DNA of 63,683 bases, counting the filler, from Octopus bimaculoides (taxonomy: Eukaryota), in NCBI RefSeq assembly GCF_001194135.2. It is 8 parts of 8 records of this genome, joined end to end, with 100 filler letters (N's around TTAATTAATTAA, not from the genome) between each part and the next. Parts side by side here need not be neighbours in the genome. Positions count along the whole stretch, not along the records: positions 30,129 to 39,456 come from NC_069008.1; positions 39,557 to 51,522 come from NC_068982.1; 6 more parts are not named here. The stretch is one strand, 5' to 3'. Made by a program: the position numbers and the translations under genes. Under the pieces are notes generated by a model. That model did not search any database. It was given only the letters and a program-made list of their open reading frames with translations, and was not told where the DNA came from. This document shows, piece by piece, positions 36,724 through 49,941 of the stretch (position 1 is the stretch's first letter; each line of letters begins with the position of its first letter).

Positions 36724-37079
36724 AATGCTTTGTGCATTGTGGGATATCTGTTCTAGAGTTGTTTTTTTTTTCTTCTCCACCAGTGAAACAACAACAACAA
36801 CAACAGCAGCAGCAACGAGGAATACACCATAAACGTAATGGTAACCAAGCGACGCTGTGCTTGGCAACGGTTGCAGCAACTGACCAAAATGCACAATCAT
36901 GTGTGTGCAGCATCTTTTGACGTCACTGCAAAGATTGCTGGATTCTGACAGGAGATGAAGTAGAAGAAACACCAGAGAAGAGGGGGTGAGTGCCCTTTGG
37001 GAGAGGGGGCAGGGTGGGGGTAGGTCATCTGAACTCCTAGAAATAACAGCCACCAAATATCAACAAAGTCACTCAGTGC

Positions 37080-37690
37080 AATGAAGGACACTTTAGATAT
37101 TTTAGTTGTGGTTGTAATTGTATCGGAAGAAAAGGGGGGATGGTCCTGGCTGGAACAGATTTGATCATAGGTCTACTGGATCAGGACTGACCTGGGGCTA
37201 AAGAGTAACAACAACAAAAACAATAATGAAGGACATATTAGTTAATGTAGTCCTAGATACACAATGTCATATTAAAAGATGGGATGGTCCTGGTCGGATC
37301 AGCTGTGATCACAGGTCTACTGGATCAGGACTGACCTGGGGCTAAAGAGTAACAACAAGAACAACAACAATGAAGGACATATTAGTTAATGTAGTCCTAG
37401 ATACACAATGTCATATCAAAAGATGGGATGGTCCTGGTAGGAACAGCTGTGATCACAGGTCTACTGGATCAGGACTAATCTGGGGTTAAACAACAACAAC
37501 AATGAAGGACATATTAGTTAATGTATTCCTAGATACACAATGTCACATTAAAAGATGGGATGGTCCTGGTAGGAACAGCTTTAATCATAGGTCTACTGGA
37601 TCAGGAGTGACCTGGGGTTAAACAACGACAACAACAACAATGAAATGGGTGCATTTTATAATGGATTCCTAGATACACAATGTCTAAATT
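37080..37690. repeat. Tandem array, ~132-145-bp unit, 4 full copies plus a partial one
   Basis: aatgaa starts at 37080, 37225, 37369, 37501 and 37639; each unit ends in (AAC)n. Confidence 0.9.
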
Positions 37691-37756
37691 AAAGTTTAGA
37701 TTTTGGGGGATCCATGTAACAAAACAGAAAACTGAGGGTCCACAATAGTATTTTAA

Positions 37757-38250
37757 CCCTTTAGGGTTTAAAACGGTTGTATCCGGCCCAAATAGTCTAC
37801 ACATTTTATGCTCAAACTGGCCAGAGCCAGCCTCTCACACCTACCCTACAATGTCATTCTAGAAACAAGCAATTACATCTTTTCTATCTCGAAGCTACAA
37901 AATAATATCAGATAAATTTTGTTAAATGTGATACATACATACATACATACATACATACACATGTACATATATATCATGAACTAACTATTACTTTCTCAGA
38001 TGCAGCACAGAATTTTGTCAGTGAACAGGTCGCGGTCTCAAAGCGACGAAAATATTTTGACAAATTAAATTTAAATGTTGAAGTGAACCAAACGGATTTT
38101 GTGTGTTGTTTTAAATGGCTTATAAACACCTTCCACGCTGCGATTGTTTTCGTTCCAGCACACGATCTCAGATCAGGTCACTTGCTATGCAAGTACATCT
38201 CCGTAATAAATAAGGATTACTTTTGGCAAATTATTCTGAACGCTAAAGGG
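37757..38250. mobile_element. TTAA-flanked composite piggyBac-like MITE
   Basis: TTAA|ccctttaggg at 37753 and cgctaaaggg|TTAA at 38251. The two halves look like different subfamilies. Confidence 0.55.
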
Positions 38251-38538
38251 TTAAGGGCCCCTGAAAAGTTCTGCTTTTGATGTATGTATTGGTATGTCTT
38301 ACAAGTAAAGGGCTTCTTTCTCTTACGATTTTCTTTCACCCAAAGCCAGGAACTTTTCAGCCACCCATTGCAGTCTTCGTTGCACCATGTCCGGATTATT
38401 AAAGACATAATGGTCACAGCTGGAGCACCTATGCTCTTCTGTTTGCGGGATCAAGATTGACCAGGAGCTTAACAAAGAACTGAGAAGGATGCATTAAGTC
38501 ACAATTAAAATGGAGCTAAATGGAAACAAACATGCACA

Positions 38539-38625
<87 letters not shown>

Positions 38626-38913
38626 NNNNNNNNNNNNNNNNNNNNNNNNNNNNNNNNNNNNNNNNNNNNNNNNNNNNNNNNNNNNNNNNNNNNNNNNNNN
38701 NNNNNNNNNNNNNNNNNNNNNNNNNNNNNNNNNNNNNNNNNNNNNNNNNNNNNNNNNNNNNNNNNNNNNNNNNNNNNNNNNNNNNNNNNNNNNNNNNNNN
38801 NNNNNNNNNNNNNNNNNNNNNNNNNNNNNNNNNNNNNNNNNNNNNNNNNNNNNNNNNNNNNNNNNNNNNNNNNNNNNNNNNNNNNNNNNNNNNNNNNNNN
38901 NNNNNNNNNNNNN

Positions 38914-38968
<55 letters not shown>

Positions 38969-40567
38969 TATATATATACATATGTATGTATGTATAATAT
39001 AGACAGATACAATATTCATATAAATATATATAAATATACAAACAATACACACACACACACATATATATATATACACACACTCACACAAACATGCACATAA
39101 ATATTCTGGAACTGTTGTGTTGTTGTTGTTGTGTTTGTTGCTGTTTTTCCCCCAGAATTCGGTTGATCCACACAATGCTGGCCAACTGCCCAGAAAAACA
39201 TACCAGGATATTTGCTGAGGGTAGTATTGTAGGGTATAGAACGGTGCGCGGTGGGTGTTTAATGTGTGTGTGTGTGTGTGTGTGTGTGTATAGAGTGGGT
39301 GTACAGTAAAGTGAAGTGGAATGGACTAGAATGGAGTGTGGTGGCAGTGGTGGTGGTTGTGGTGGTGGTTGTGGCTGCATGTGTGCGTGTGTGTATGTGT
39401 ATAAGAGTATGATGTAGTGGGTGTAGCTGTGTATATATATATATATATATATATATNNNNNNNNNNNNNNNNNNNNNNNNNNNNNNNNNNNNNNNNNNNN
39501 TTAATTAATTAANNNNNNNNNNNNNNNNNNNNNNNNNNNNNNNNNNNNNNNNNNNNATATATATACATAGAGTATAAATTTCGCCATCAATATGATTGTG
39601 AGGCAGGGAGAATTTCTGTTTCCTGTACTTCTGATAAAAATTGTGTGAAATAGCCACCAATAAGTGCTTTTATGGATAACTTAACTAATGCGACAGCTTC
39701 AGTCGCTGGTAGCATTTGGGTTTACTACATCTTCTGAAATTAATCAGGAATTTGCTTTAGACAATCATTTAGAAATTTAAATTGCTTCAATGAAAGCAAT
39801 TCAACAGGATAAAGATAAATATTCGGAGAAAGTGGTGGATATATTCCCCTTCCTCATATCCAAAACATTATTCACATTAGTGAGAAAAATACCAGGTAGC
39901 AATTTGGAGAAACTGTTTGTTTGTATATACCACTAGTATTTCTGTAGTCAATGTTCCACCATTTTTCCCTTGGGAGTACAGATCTGTACATGAAAATATA
40001 CTTTCTAAGAACATAGTTTATTGAAGATCAATAGATGTTCATACGCGTAAGATGCTATCTACTTGTTGCTGATGTGGTAAAGAAAGGCAAGCGCTAATAT
40101 GGCTTGGAATTAGTGCCACTACTGGTGTTGCTGCTGGAATTCTAGCATCTGGAAAAAATTTGCATGGTATTTCACCAATTCTGTTCATAGTCTAAGAATT
40201 GGACATATCAAGGACAGAGGATGAAAATCAAACTTTATCTCGGTGTGAAGACATTAAATATATACCAGAACACTTTACATTCGCCTGAGAATCGTTCGAT
40301 GAAGGAAATAAGTTAAGATGCTAAAGCGTATTAGCAACACAGGAGACAGCTTAAAGTAAGTTATTGTGGATATTGTTATAGAGAATGTGACCAGATATTT
40401 TGTAATAGCTATTGAGAACAATGCATGTTCTGCTGAGACATTAAACATTAAGAGTGACGTGACACTGTTGAATGTAAGTGAGGTGAAGGTGATGCATCTT
40501 AGGAGTATGTTCTGGAACCATGTAAGAAACCTGTTACAGAGTATGTTTGATAATATTCAGAATCTTT

Positions 40568-41001
40568 GAGGCGGCGAGCTGGCAGAAACGTTAGCACCCC
40601 GGGCGAAATGCTTAGCGGTATTTCGTCTGCCGTTACGTTCTGAGTTCAAATTCCGCCGAGGTCGACTTTGCCATTCATCCTTTCGGGGTCGATAAATTAA
40701 GAACCAGTTACGCACTGGGGTCGATTTAATCGACTTAATCACTTTGTCTGTCCTTGTTTGGCCCCTCTATGTTTAGCCGCTTGTGGTCAATAAAGAAATA
40801 AGAAACGTCAGCACCACGGGCGAAATGCTTAGCGGATTTCTTCTGTCTTACGTTCTGAGTTCAAATTCCGCCGAAGTCGACTTTACTTTTCATCATTTTG
40901 GGATCGATAAATTAGTACCAGTTGCGTATTGAGGGTCGATCTAATCGACTGGCTCCCTCCCCCCAAATTTTAGTCCTTGTGCCTAGAGTAGAAAAGAATA
41001 T
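40568..41001 (+). mobile_element. Head-to-tail dimer of family D SINEs
   Basis: Monomer 1 spans 40568-40800. Monomer 2 (40801-41001) lacks the first ~15 nt and carries a different tail. Confidence 0.88.
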
Positions 41002-41621
41002 TCAGTAACTTTGCTGAAGAAATAAAACAATACTGCTGCTGAATTAATGCATGAATGATTAACGTAGGATTGCATTCTGTTGTTTTCTACCGACACGGCG
41101 AAAAAGTAAGTCCAGACTTTCCTAAATTTTAGACAGTGGAAGGCATAGGCGATATAAAAAACACATGCATTTATTCAACAGTTAGGTAGCAATGACGAAG
41201 TTACGTCCTGATCTTTTTGTAAAAATGTTCTTTGATATAAATACACTATTGGGTTAATACATGTAGAAAATAATATGGCGTCGGCGGATCGACTTTTTCA
41301 TAAGAGGTGGAATCTTATGGATAGACGCAAGAACTACTAAGCTCTACCTGGAGCAGAGCAGTGATTTGTTATATTCACCTGAATGACCGAAGCAGAGATA
41401 AATAAAATGCATTCTGATAGAGGGTTATATGTCTTGTTAGGTTCATGCTTTATGGAGGGCAAAAGCGGGACGCAATGGGGGCGAAAGTAACATAGTGGAC
41501 ATTGCCTAGTAACATAACAGCATTACCGTCATTAAAGAACGAAGTTGGTGTCACCTCATATAGACTACAAAACAGCTGCGCCTGATGTACGCAATATACA
41601 TATATATATATATATCACACA

Positions 41622-41667
<46 letters not shown>

Positions 41668-43267
41668 GATATTAACATGCGTACAACTATGTAAGCACGC
41701 CAGTGAGCGTCACTCCTGTAGATTAGATATCCGGTTACTTCCTTTCATAATATAAAAAACTATGAATTAATTTCCATTCACAACGTCATTAAGTAATATC
41801 AATCACTCTTCTTTCTCAGTCTCCATATATTTCTGTACACACGCGCGCGCGTACATACAGACACATTCATATATATGTATATGTGTGTGTGTGAATGTGC
41901 GCGAGTGGGTATTCAAATATATGGAATATTTTAGCTATTAGCGACATCAGTTACAATAAAAATAGTGAAAGCAGTAAAAGTATGCCCTTTATGTAAGGAA
42001 CATGCTGCGTCATGGAATGTTATGAATATTAGTTGCTATGTGTTATTTTAAAGTCTTATAAAAAGTTTTCTACATTCGAATGGAAAGATGAGTGAAGGAC
42101 AAATTCATTTCCAGAGCTCCATAAACATAAAAACAATATATACAATCACACATGCGTGTGCGCAAACACACACATACACACACACAGACATACATACGGC
42201 CACGCCCTCTTTCTCTCTCTCACATATACACAAAGTCGCACGCATACACACATGCATATACATAAGACTGGCAAACCTACACACACACGCACATATACAC
42301 ACATATACATAAATAGATTATACTCGAGATGAAACCTATATATGCTAAAGTTAGATGAGGGTAAACGACATTATGAACTTCGACGCCATGAGAGTTTAAG
42401 TCTGCTGCAGAGGGAGTGGAAGAGAAAAATTCCGTAGTATCGTCCACTAATCTTGACCATTATTTCATTATGGTCATTCTCCGAACTTCTTTTGTTTTTT
42501 CCTGAAATGCTTGTGTTCAAATCTCCGTTACTTACTGAACTTACCATGTAATTATCACTATAGATAACAAAAACAACCTTAAATGAGAGAAACGCATGTC
42601 GGTGAGACCAAATTGGTGGCGTTCTTGTACATGTGGAGTCTATTCTGAAATGACAGCACTGTCACGCAGGGGTTACTCAAAGTTTTTGCACAGTCTCGAA
42701 AACGGAAGACCTCCTGTTATATCTTTACAGCTACAAGATGTATGTGAAGGCGAATGTAGACATTACGAGTACGAAATACAAAGTAGACGTGAGAGAACAA
42801 AACAAGAATCACTTGAAACCAGTGACTTACATAAACACAATTTATATTCAAAGCAAAGAAGTAGCCCTAAAAAAATCGCTAGACAATCTGTATTACTGAG
42901 TAATAGACTATTTATAATACAATGGCTCCCAAGAAAAAAAGAAAAAAAAAAACAGACTGCCTAAGTAGATACTATACAAAAAAAAAAACTCAGAGAAACG
43001 GCATCATTCTTTCGCTTACATCATTAGAAAATAATGGTTGTAATGACGCCAAAAATATCAAACATGATAATAATTGACAAATAGTAATGTGAAATGCAAA
43101 GTTGCATGTTATATATAGATAGTAAGAAATACCAAAGATACGAAAATACGTTGATGATACATTAAGAATTTCCAGAGAAACCACCAGCTGGTAGGATTTT
43201 GAAACAGGGAAAAAGTGTGAGCTTTCATTACATATCATGTACACAATTAACAAAATATAGAACAGTA

Positions 43268-43319
<52 letters not shown>

Positions 43320-43503
43320 GGTGATGGTGATGATGGTGGTGGTGATGGCGGCGGTCGTGGTTGTGCTGCTTCACCTTGTTACTGGTGTAGCTTCAGCACT
43401 TTATTCATCTTCCTTACTTGAATTTTGCCCTTTCACAAGCACATATTCCCCTTCTTCTTCTTCTTCTTCTTCTTCTTCTTCTTCTTCTTCTTCTTCTTCT
43501 TCT

Positions 43504-43550
<47 letters not shown>

Positions 43551-43552
43551 TT
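43268..43552. repeat. (CTA)n and (CTT)n microsatellites
   Basis: Direct reading; further (CTT)n at ~46057-46153 and (GAA)n/(GTA)n at ~51345-51512. Confidence 0.9.
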
Positions 43553-44367
43553 CGTTTTTTTTAATCCTTATTGGTAATTTTCCGACAAAACTTATTCCCA
43601 TTAACATATAGGTGGAAGACCGGTCGTATAAATGTAAAAATTAAATATACAATTCGGAAATGTTCACATTAGATATGAATGAAAGGCATAACGACCAAGT
43701 TCCCTCTATTTTAAGCAAAACCATTCTCAAATTCTACCGCTTTGACCTAACAATTTTTCAAAACCTAAAACGATATTTTTCGGAGCTACGTTATACATCC
43801 AGTTAGTTCGATAACAGTCACTCCAGATTGCTCTGCTACTGAAAGCCGATCTATTATATTCGATATCGATCCTAAATTGATCAATAAATCAGGCTAATTC
43901 GAACCACATGAATTAAAGCGTATGAATCGCAACTAAACTTCGTACAAGCAATTACCATCAAACGCTGCATGCTTAGATATCTATCATAATTATCTTACGT
44001 TATAAGTGAAAAAAAAAAAAAAAATAAATAAAACGTAATATAACCCAGAAAACAGGAATATGATTGCCAAGAAAAAAATTAAAACATATATTTAAGCTGA
44101 AATTCTTCGTTGGAATGGGTGCCTTCTGTTGATAATAGAGCGAGGAAGAAGCTAGAAAAAAAGTTTCTGCTGACGTCTGGACGCCAAATTACCAAATCTA
44201 GAATAATGATGCAACTAGTGTATATATTATTTCACAATCAGCAAGTTCAAATTATGTTCATGGACATCGTATGAACTTGCAATTTCCTATTTGTATCCGG
44301 GTTCTTGCTATTCATGTCGTAGTATGTAGTAATGTGTCATGAGATGTATGAGACCCATGTGAATTTT

Positions 44368-44728
44368 ATTCTTTTACTTGTTTCAGTCATTTGACTGTGG
44401 TCATACTAGGACACCGCTCTAAAGGGTTTTAGCCGAGCAAATCAACCATAGGAATTATTTTTTAAGCCCAGTACTTATTCTATAGATATCTTTTGCCGAA
44501 TCGCTAAGTTACGGAGATCTAAACACGCCGACACCACTTGTCAGGCAACGATGGGAAGGCAAACACAAACACAGATATGTAGATACATATATACGACGTG
44601 TCTCTTTCAGTTTCCGTCTACCAAATCCACTCACAAGGATTTGGTCGGCACGAAGCTATAGATGAAGACACTCGCCCAAGGTGCCACGCAATGTGGCTGG
44701 GAAGCAAGCTTATTGCCACGCACCCACG
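44368..44728 (-). mobile_element. Family B SINE, diverged
   Basis: Tail, short microsatellite and head; part of the B-box region is deleted. Confidence 0.8.
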
Positions 44729-45536
44729 CATGCATTTGTGATAGCTGGTATAGTGAATATCTTTTTCTACCATTTGCAAAAGTACAAATCTATTAATTTC
44801 TGGCTTACTCTTTTACTATTTTACCCTTTTATTGGTTTCAGCCATGCATCTGTGGTCATGCTGGAGCACCACCATGGTCTTTCTGACTTCCTCAGTCTGG
44901 GTGTTTCAAAACATCACTCCTGTATGTGCCATTTATACAGCTTTTTGTGCATTTGATGTTATAATTGAGTTTGATTCCGCAGCCCTCGTTTGTACCTAAT
45001 GTCGGGCTGTTGGTGCATCCGGCATTGTGGAGAGGAGGATGTCTAATTCCTTTTTGAAGACACCTACTTTCACCTTATGCAAATTTCTTAATTTTTGTAG
45101 CAGTGCATTGAAAAGCTGTGGTTCGTTGAACCCTTGTTAACGATGTCTCAGCCAAAATTTAATGTAAAGCATGGTATGAGAGACTTTTCACAATATTTGG
45201 AATATCGGAATAACAGCTTTATAAATTCCCTTGGGCGGTTAGTGTATACGACAAAATTATTAGAAGAGTCTGATATGGATTTTAAACAATTAGCAGATGA
45301 GTAGATATTGACTAGATTAATCAATAACTACGTTATGTAACTGGAAACGAACAATTTATAAACAGTGGGTGTATATCTATGTCTAACTACCATTCCCGGT
45401 TTGTTCCTGTATGCATGCAAACAAAATTACACACACGCACAAACACGCACACACACAAATATACATGTACATATATATATGTGTGCGTATGTGTATATAT
45501 GCTCATTCATATTCATATATGCTCATTACTCATGTA

Positions 45537-45770
45537 CAGGCGCATGATTTAGTAGTCATGATGTTGGACTCATGTTCGTGTTGGATTCATGATTGGAGTT
45601 TCGATTTCTGAACCGGGCGACGAGTTATGTTTTTGAGCAATACACTTCATTTCACATTACTCCAGTCCACTCAGAAGACTAAAATGATTAATCGGGTAAC
45701 GAATTGAAGTCCCGTCTGGAGAGGAATACATTCGCTGTGGAAACCGGAAAACCCAATATGCCCATCATAA
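45537..45770 (+). mobile_element. C-related SINE (related copies 19502-19680 minus, 28040-28235 plus)
   Basis: Shared ttgagcaa(a/t)acacttcatttcac..ctccagt core behind a tRNA-like head. Confidence 0.5.
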
Positions 45771-46124
45771 TTACCCATCTGTGTATGTGACGTGGTTATT
45801 GTTTTCAAGATAAACAGATTATGACCTTGCAAATAGGGCTAAGTTAGAATTTTTTGTAGGTCGCGTAGCCCATTCCATTCAAAAGTTGCCTAAATGAGGG
45901 TTGTTTGATGATGTCTCCAGAGGTGAATTATTCAAACCCCCAAAACTTCATTTCAGCACATCTTTTACACCAAGGCAAAATATGTACATGTTAACTCCTA
46001 CAATCAGTTCAGATTAGAAGCCAGGAGAGCCACTGTCTGATAATCCATCAGGGCATTTCTTCTTCTTCTTCTTCTTCTTCTTCTTCTTCTTCTTCTTCTT
46101 CTTCTTCTTCTTCTTCTTCTTCTT

Positions 46125-46155
<31 letters not shown>

Positions 46156-47931
46156 TGATACACACACAAACTTACGCATTCACATACATATACATATGTA
46201 CATGCAGTTTTGGGGTCATTATAAGCGAAGTTCTTTGAGGACGCACTCGCATGTACCATACATATACGCACACTGCCACGGTTTTATTTTCAGACAATGG
46301 TTTATATCTAAACCATTTTGTGTCGATATATAATTACTAATATGAAAATTTTCCCGATCTGCATTAAGTTGAACTTTCAGTAAGATAATATTTTGAAAAA
46401 AAGCACAGTTACTTCGTTATTCTTCTTCTTAGTGTGGAACGGAACTATGATTTCCCGAAGTGAATAACAGTATAATTATATTCATTGATGTTTGAAACAT
46501 GATTCCCAGTGACAAATTACACTGACAAAGAAAACATGGTTTCTTAAAAGTTAAATATTCTAGTATATGTTTGAGGTGTTTATTCAATGCATGCAAATGG
46601 TTTTTTCTTACCAGCTCTAGTTACTGAAGTATATCACACCGATTGGTATGCTTATGTACCCCTTAGTTTCAATTAGGGATACCAGCCGCATCTAAAATTT
46701 TGAAATCTTAGAATTTAGACCTGATCTGGCGTTGATTTCAGACATACAAACAGTTTTGCCGTTTATACATTAACTGGTAAACGATATATTTCAATACAAG
46801 TGTAAAAACAATAATAATGTTAAAGTTATTTGTATGGTTGGCATACACATGATATGAGTTGAACAGTTCGTTTCACTCAAATGTTTTCTCATTGTGCTTA
46901 TTAAAAATTTGTATACGCTATACAAAATTACAATAAAATAAATTGATATAATAGGCAGAAAGGTATTTGACTGATCTGAACTAATCGACGAAAAGTGAAT
47001 CTCATTCATCAACTCTTGGCAACCAGCTCCACTCAGAGACTAGGAAATACTTTACACTAAATAGAGTGGCGTCTTGCGTCCTCTAGAATTTATTCCACAC
47101 TGCCTCAGTTCATCGTCATGTATCCTAATAAGTAACAGTGGAAACTGAAGGGTTGATACTGAGACGGACTAGTAACCATTTGAGAGAGAACTCTTGTAGT
47201 CTCAGTAGCTTGAAATTCACAGAAACCGATATAAAATGCGGAATAATTGAATTGTAGGATAGGAATAGACCTCATTAAATTAGTTTACATATAGAGTATT
47301 ATATACAAGTTTATTTTGTATTAGCTCATATCCTCAGCGATATCAATAAATAAGAGAATACTGGTAACATCTCAAAAATGTCATAAAATAGAATGCTTTT
47401 AAAGTTTCTGAATCAATTATATGTGGTTGTGTATTGATTGAAAATAGTATTTAATAATTAAATTAGTATAATTTAAATGGGTTAAAGACCAAAGAAAATA
47501 ATCAGCGCAATTGCAAATATATACCTTGGAGAATAAAACTTATACCCAAGAGCTTAGTTATAGTATAATATAACTATAACTTTTGAATTATGAGGCAGAG
47601 AGTTTGTAAAACGGAAATAATTACAGAATAACGGAATTCATCACCGAATGACTGGAGGAAGAGTTCCAGTAAATTTGAAATGGTTTAACGTTGGAGATAA
47701 CAGGAATCAATGATATGTAAGAGTAAAGCCAAATAAATTGATAACTATCCAGATTTAGAGACTATTATACAGGATAAATATATGAATAAATAAAATGTAC
47801 AAGGGAATGTATAAAAATATATGATGAATACAGGTAACGTAGGTAGACTAATAAAATATCAAGTAAAATAATTAAATCGGCTGGTGGGTTTAATTATATT
47901 AAAAGTAGAAAAGTAGAAATGTATATTCTTT

Positions 47932-48122
47932 AATTTGTTTCAGTCATTTGATTGCGGCCATGCTGCAGCATCGCCTTTACTCGAACAAATCGACACCAGG
48001 AATTATTCTTTGTAAGACCAGTATTTATTCTATCGGACTCTTTTGCCGAACCTCTACTTACGGGGACATAAACACACCAATATCGGTTGTCAAACAATTG
48101 TGGAGGGACAAACATATACACA
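47932..48122 (-). mobile_element. Family B SINE tail
   Basis: gtttcagtcatttgattgcggccatgctg...ggacataaacacacc. Confidence 0.8.
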
Positions 48123-48185
48123 CACATACATACATATATACATACATATATACATACATATATACATACATATATATATATATAT

Positions 48186-48233
<48 letters not shown>

Positions 48234-49903
48234 ATGTATGTATTTACACATATATAGAAACATAGAAATGTATGAATATATGCTTATGTACATAAATATT
48301 ATTCCTCTATGATATCAGGTTGCTGAATAATGTGCTCCTAAAATGAAAGGAGGGCTAATTTAGTTCTCTGGGATGTCTAGTTTATACGCCTGTTAGAATG
48401 TATATAATTAAAACGTGATGTTGTGAGATTTATATACACCGATAAAAACTTTGTATTGCAGCCTTATTTTAGTTATTGTCATGATACCAACGTTTCTATC
48501 AAATTCACAATCCCTTTGAAGACATCAGAATCATCTAGTAGACTTTGGACCTTGCAGACCTTCATTTACACTCGAGTGTTGGGTTGACGCACCTCGTGTA
48601 AAACCACAGGGTATAATTTTGTGTGGATTATCATCGCATTTATGTTGCTACATTATCTTTATGCATGAATAATAATATTCAAAATCTTGGTTATTTCGCT
48701 TGGCCACTCAGTAAGGGACAGCGTGCATGCCACAGAATACATTCCGTTGAAGCATAACTTTTCTATTGATGATAAGCAGAATGTTACTCCAGTTTCATAC
48801 ACTTTTATTGTCCAGGGATGGAAGCACATTTTACATTCCTCTCAATAGAAATTACAACCTTGCTGAGTATATTTTCAAACAAATTCCACACTATATCTTC
48901 CTATTAATACTTGTCTTCCATGCTACCGAGGCACAATGGTTTCTTAAATCTATTGCATAGTTGAACACTTCTCATAGTCATCCTCGTCTTTTCTTTAATA
49001 CGATCAATACCTTTGGTATCACTTTCACGTCTACATTTGCTACTCTGGCAGAGTTTTATTTTCCCTGTTAATCTCCATAACACCTATCAAGTATTTCATT
49101 TCCAGTTTGGTCATTGCGAGCTCAATAGTTTCTCACTTTCTCTGTTTCAATTTTGCCCACAATATTCTGGGTTTCACAAGGAATGGTTTCTACAAATCAC
49201 CATCTTAAAATAGTGACATTTGCTACTTTAATTTCTCTCCTAGCCGTGTTAGAAACAACTGGAATGTTGTAATAGCAATATGCAGTAGTCGTTGTAATGA
49301 ATAACAGGAAATCATTCGATCCGCCTAGCATACTTTTTCATACTTTTCCAGACATCATTTTGAAAGTGCATAATTCGTTGTGCATAACACAGATTCCAAT
49401 TTGCCCAACAACCACAGTTGCTAACGTCTTGTTTCAACTTTGCCTCGACTTCAATACTTCATTAGCAAAATTTGAGGATTCAGATTCAATGTTCTTAAGG
49501 TTGTTAATTACTGCCTATCTCTGTGAAATCTAGAATCCGAGGGTTTCTACATTTCAAACCATTTTGATTCGTGGTTATATTGGTGGAATATATGATATGC
49601 AAAGCTATCATATATACCTACACAGAAGCAGCGGTGGCGGTATCAGTTCTCTAGCGAGAGTTATGCCTTCCGGGTAGATCTTGCACTTTCCAGTTCTTAC
49701 TTCTTAACTACATTCAAGAGGTGTGGCGAAACGATGCATCCTATCATGACGCATATCACCAATTCCTTGTACTTGGTCGAAACATTCTTGGCATCCACAC
49801 ATAGACAGACACACACGTTTGTATGTATATATGTATTCATATGTATACATACGCAAATGTACATATAAATATATATGTGTGTGTGCGTGTGTATGTATGT
49901 ATA

Positions 49904-49941
<38 letters not shown>

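Noticed and set aside
37080-37690. CRISPR-like or retrozyme array
   Set aside because: Eukaryotic context, no unique spacers, and no hammerhead core in the unit.
42596-42964. 122-aa plus-strand ORF
   Set aside because: No recognisable motif; nearby minus-strand splice-like sites do not give a consistent frame.
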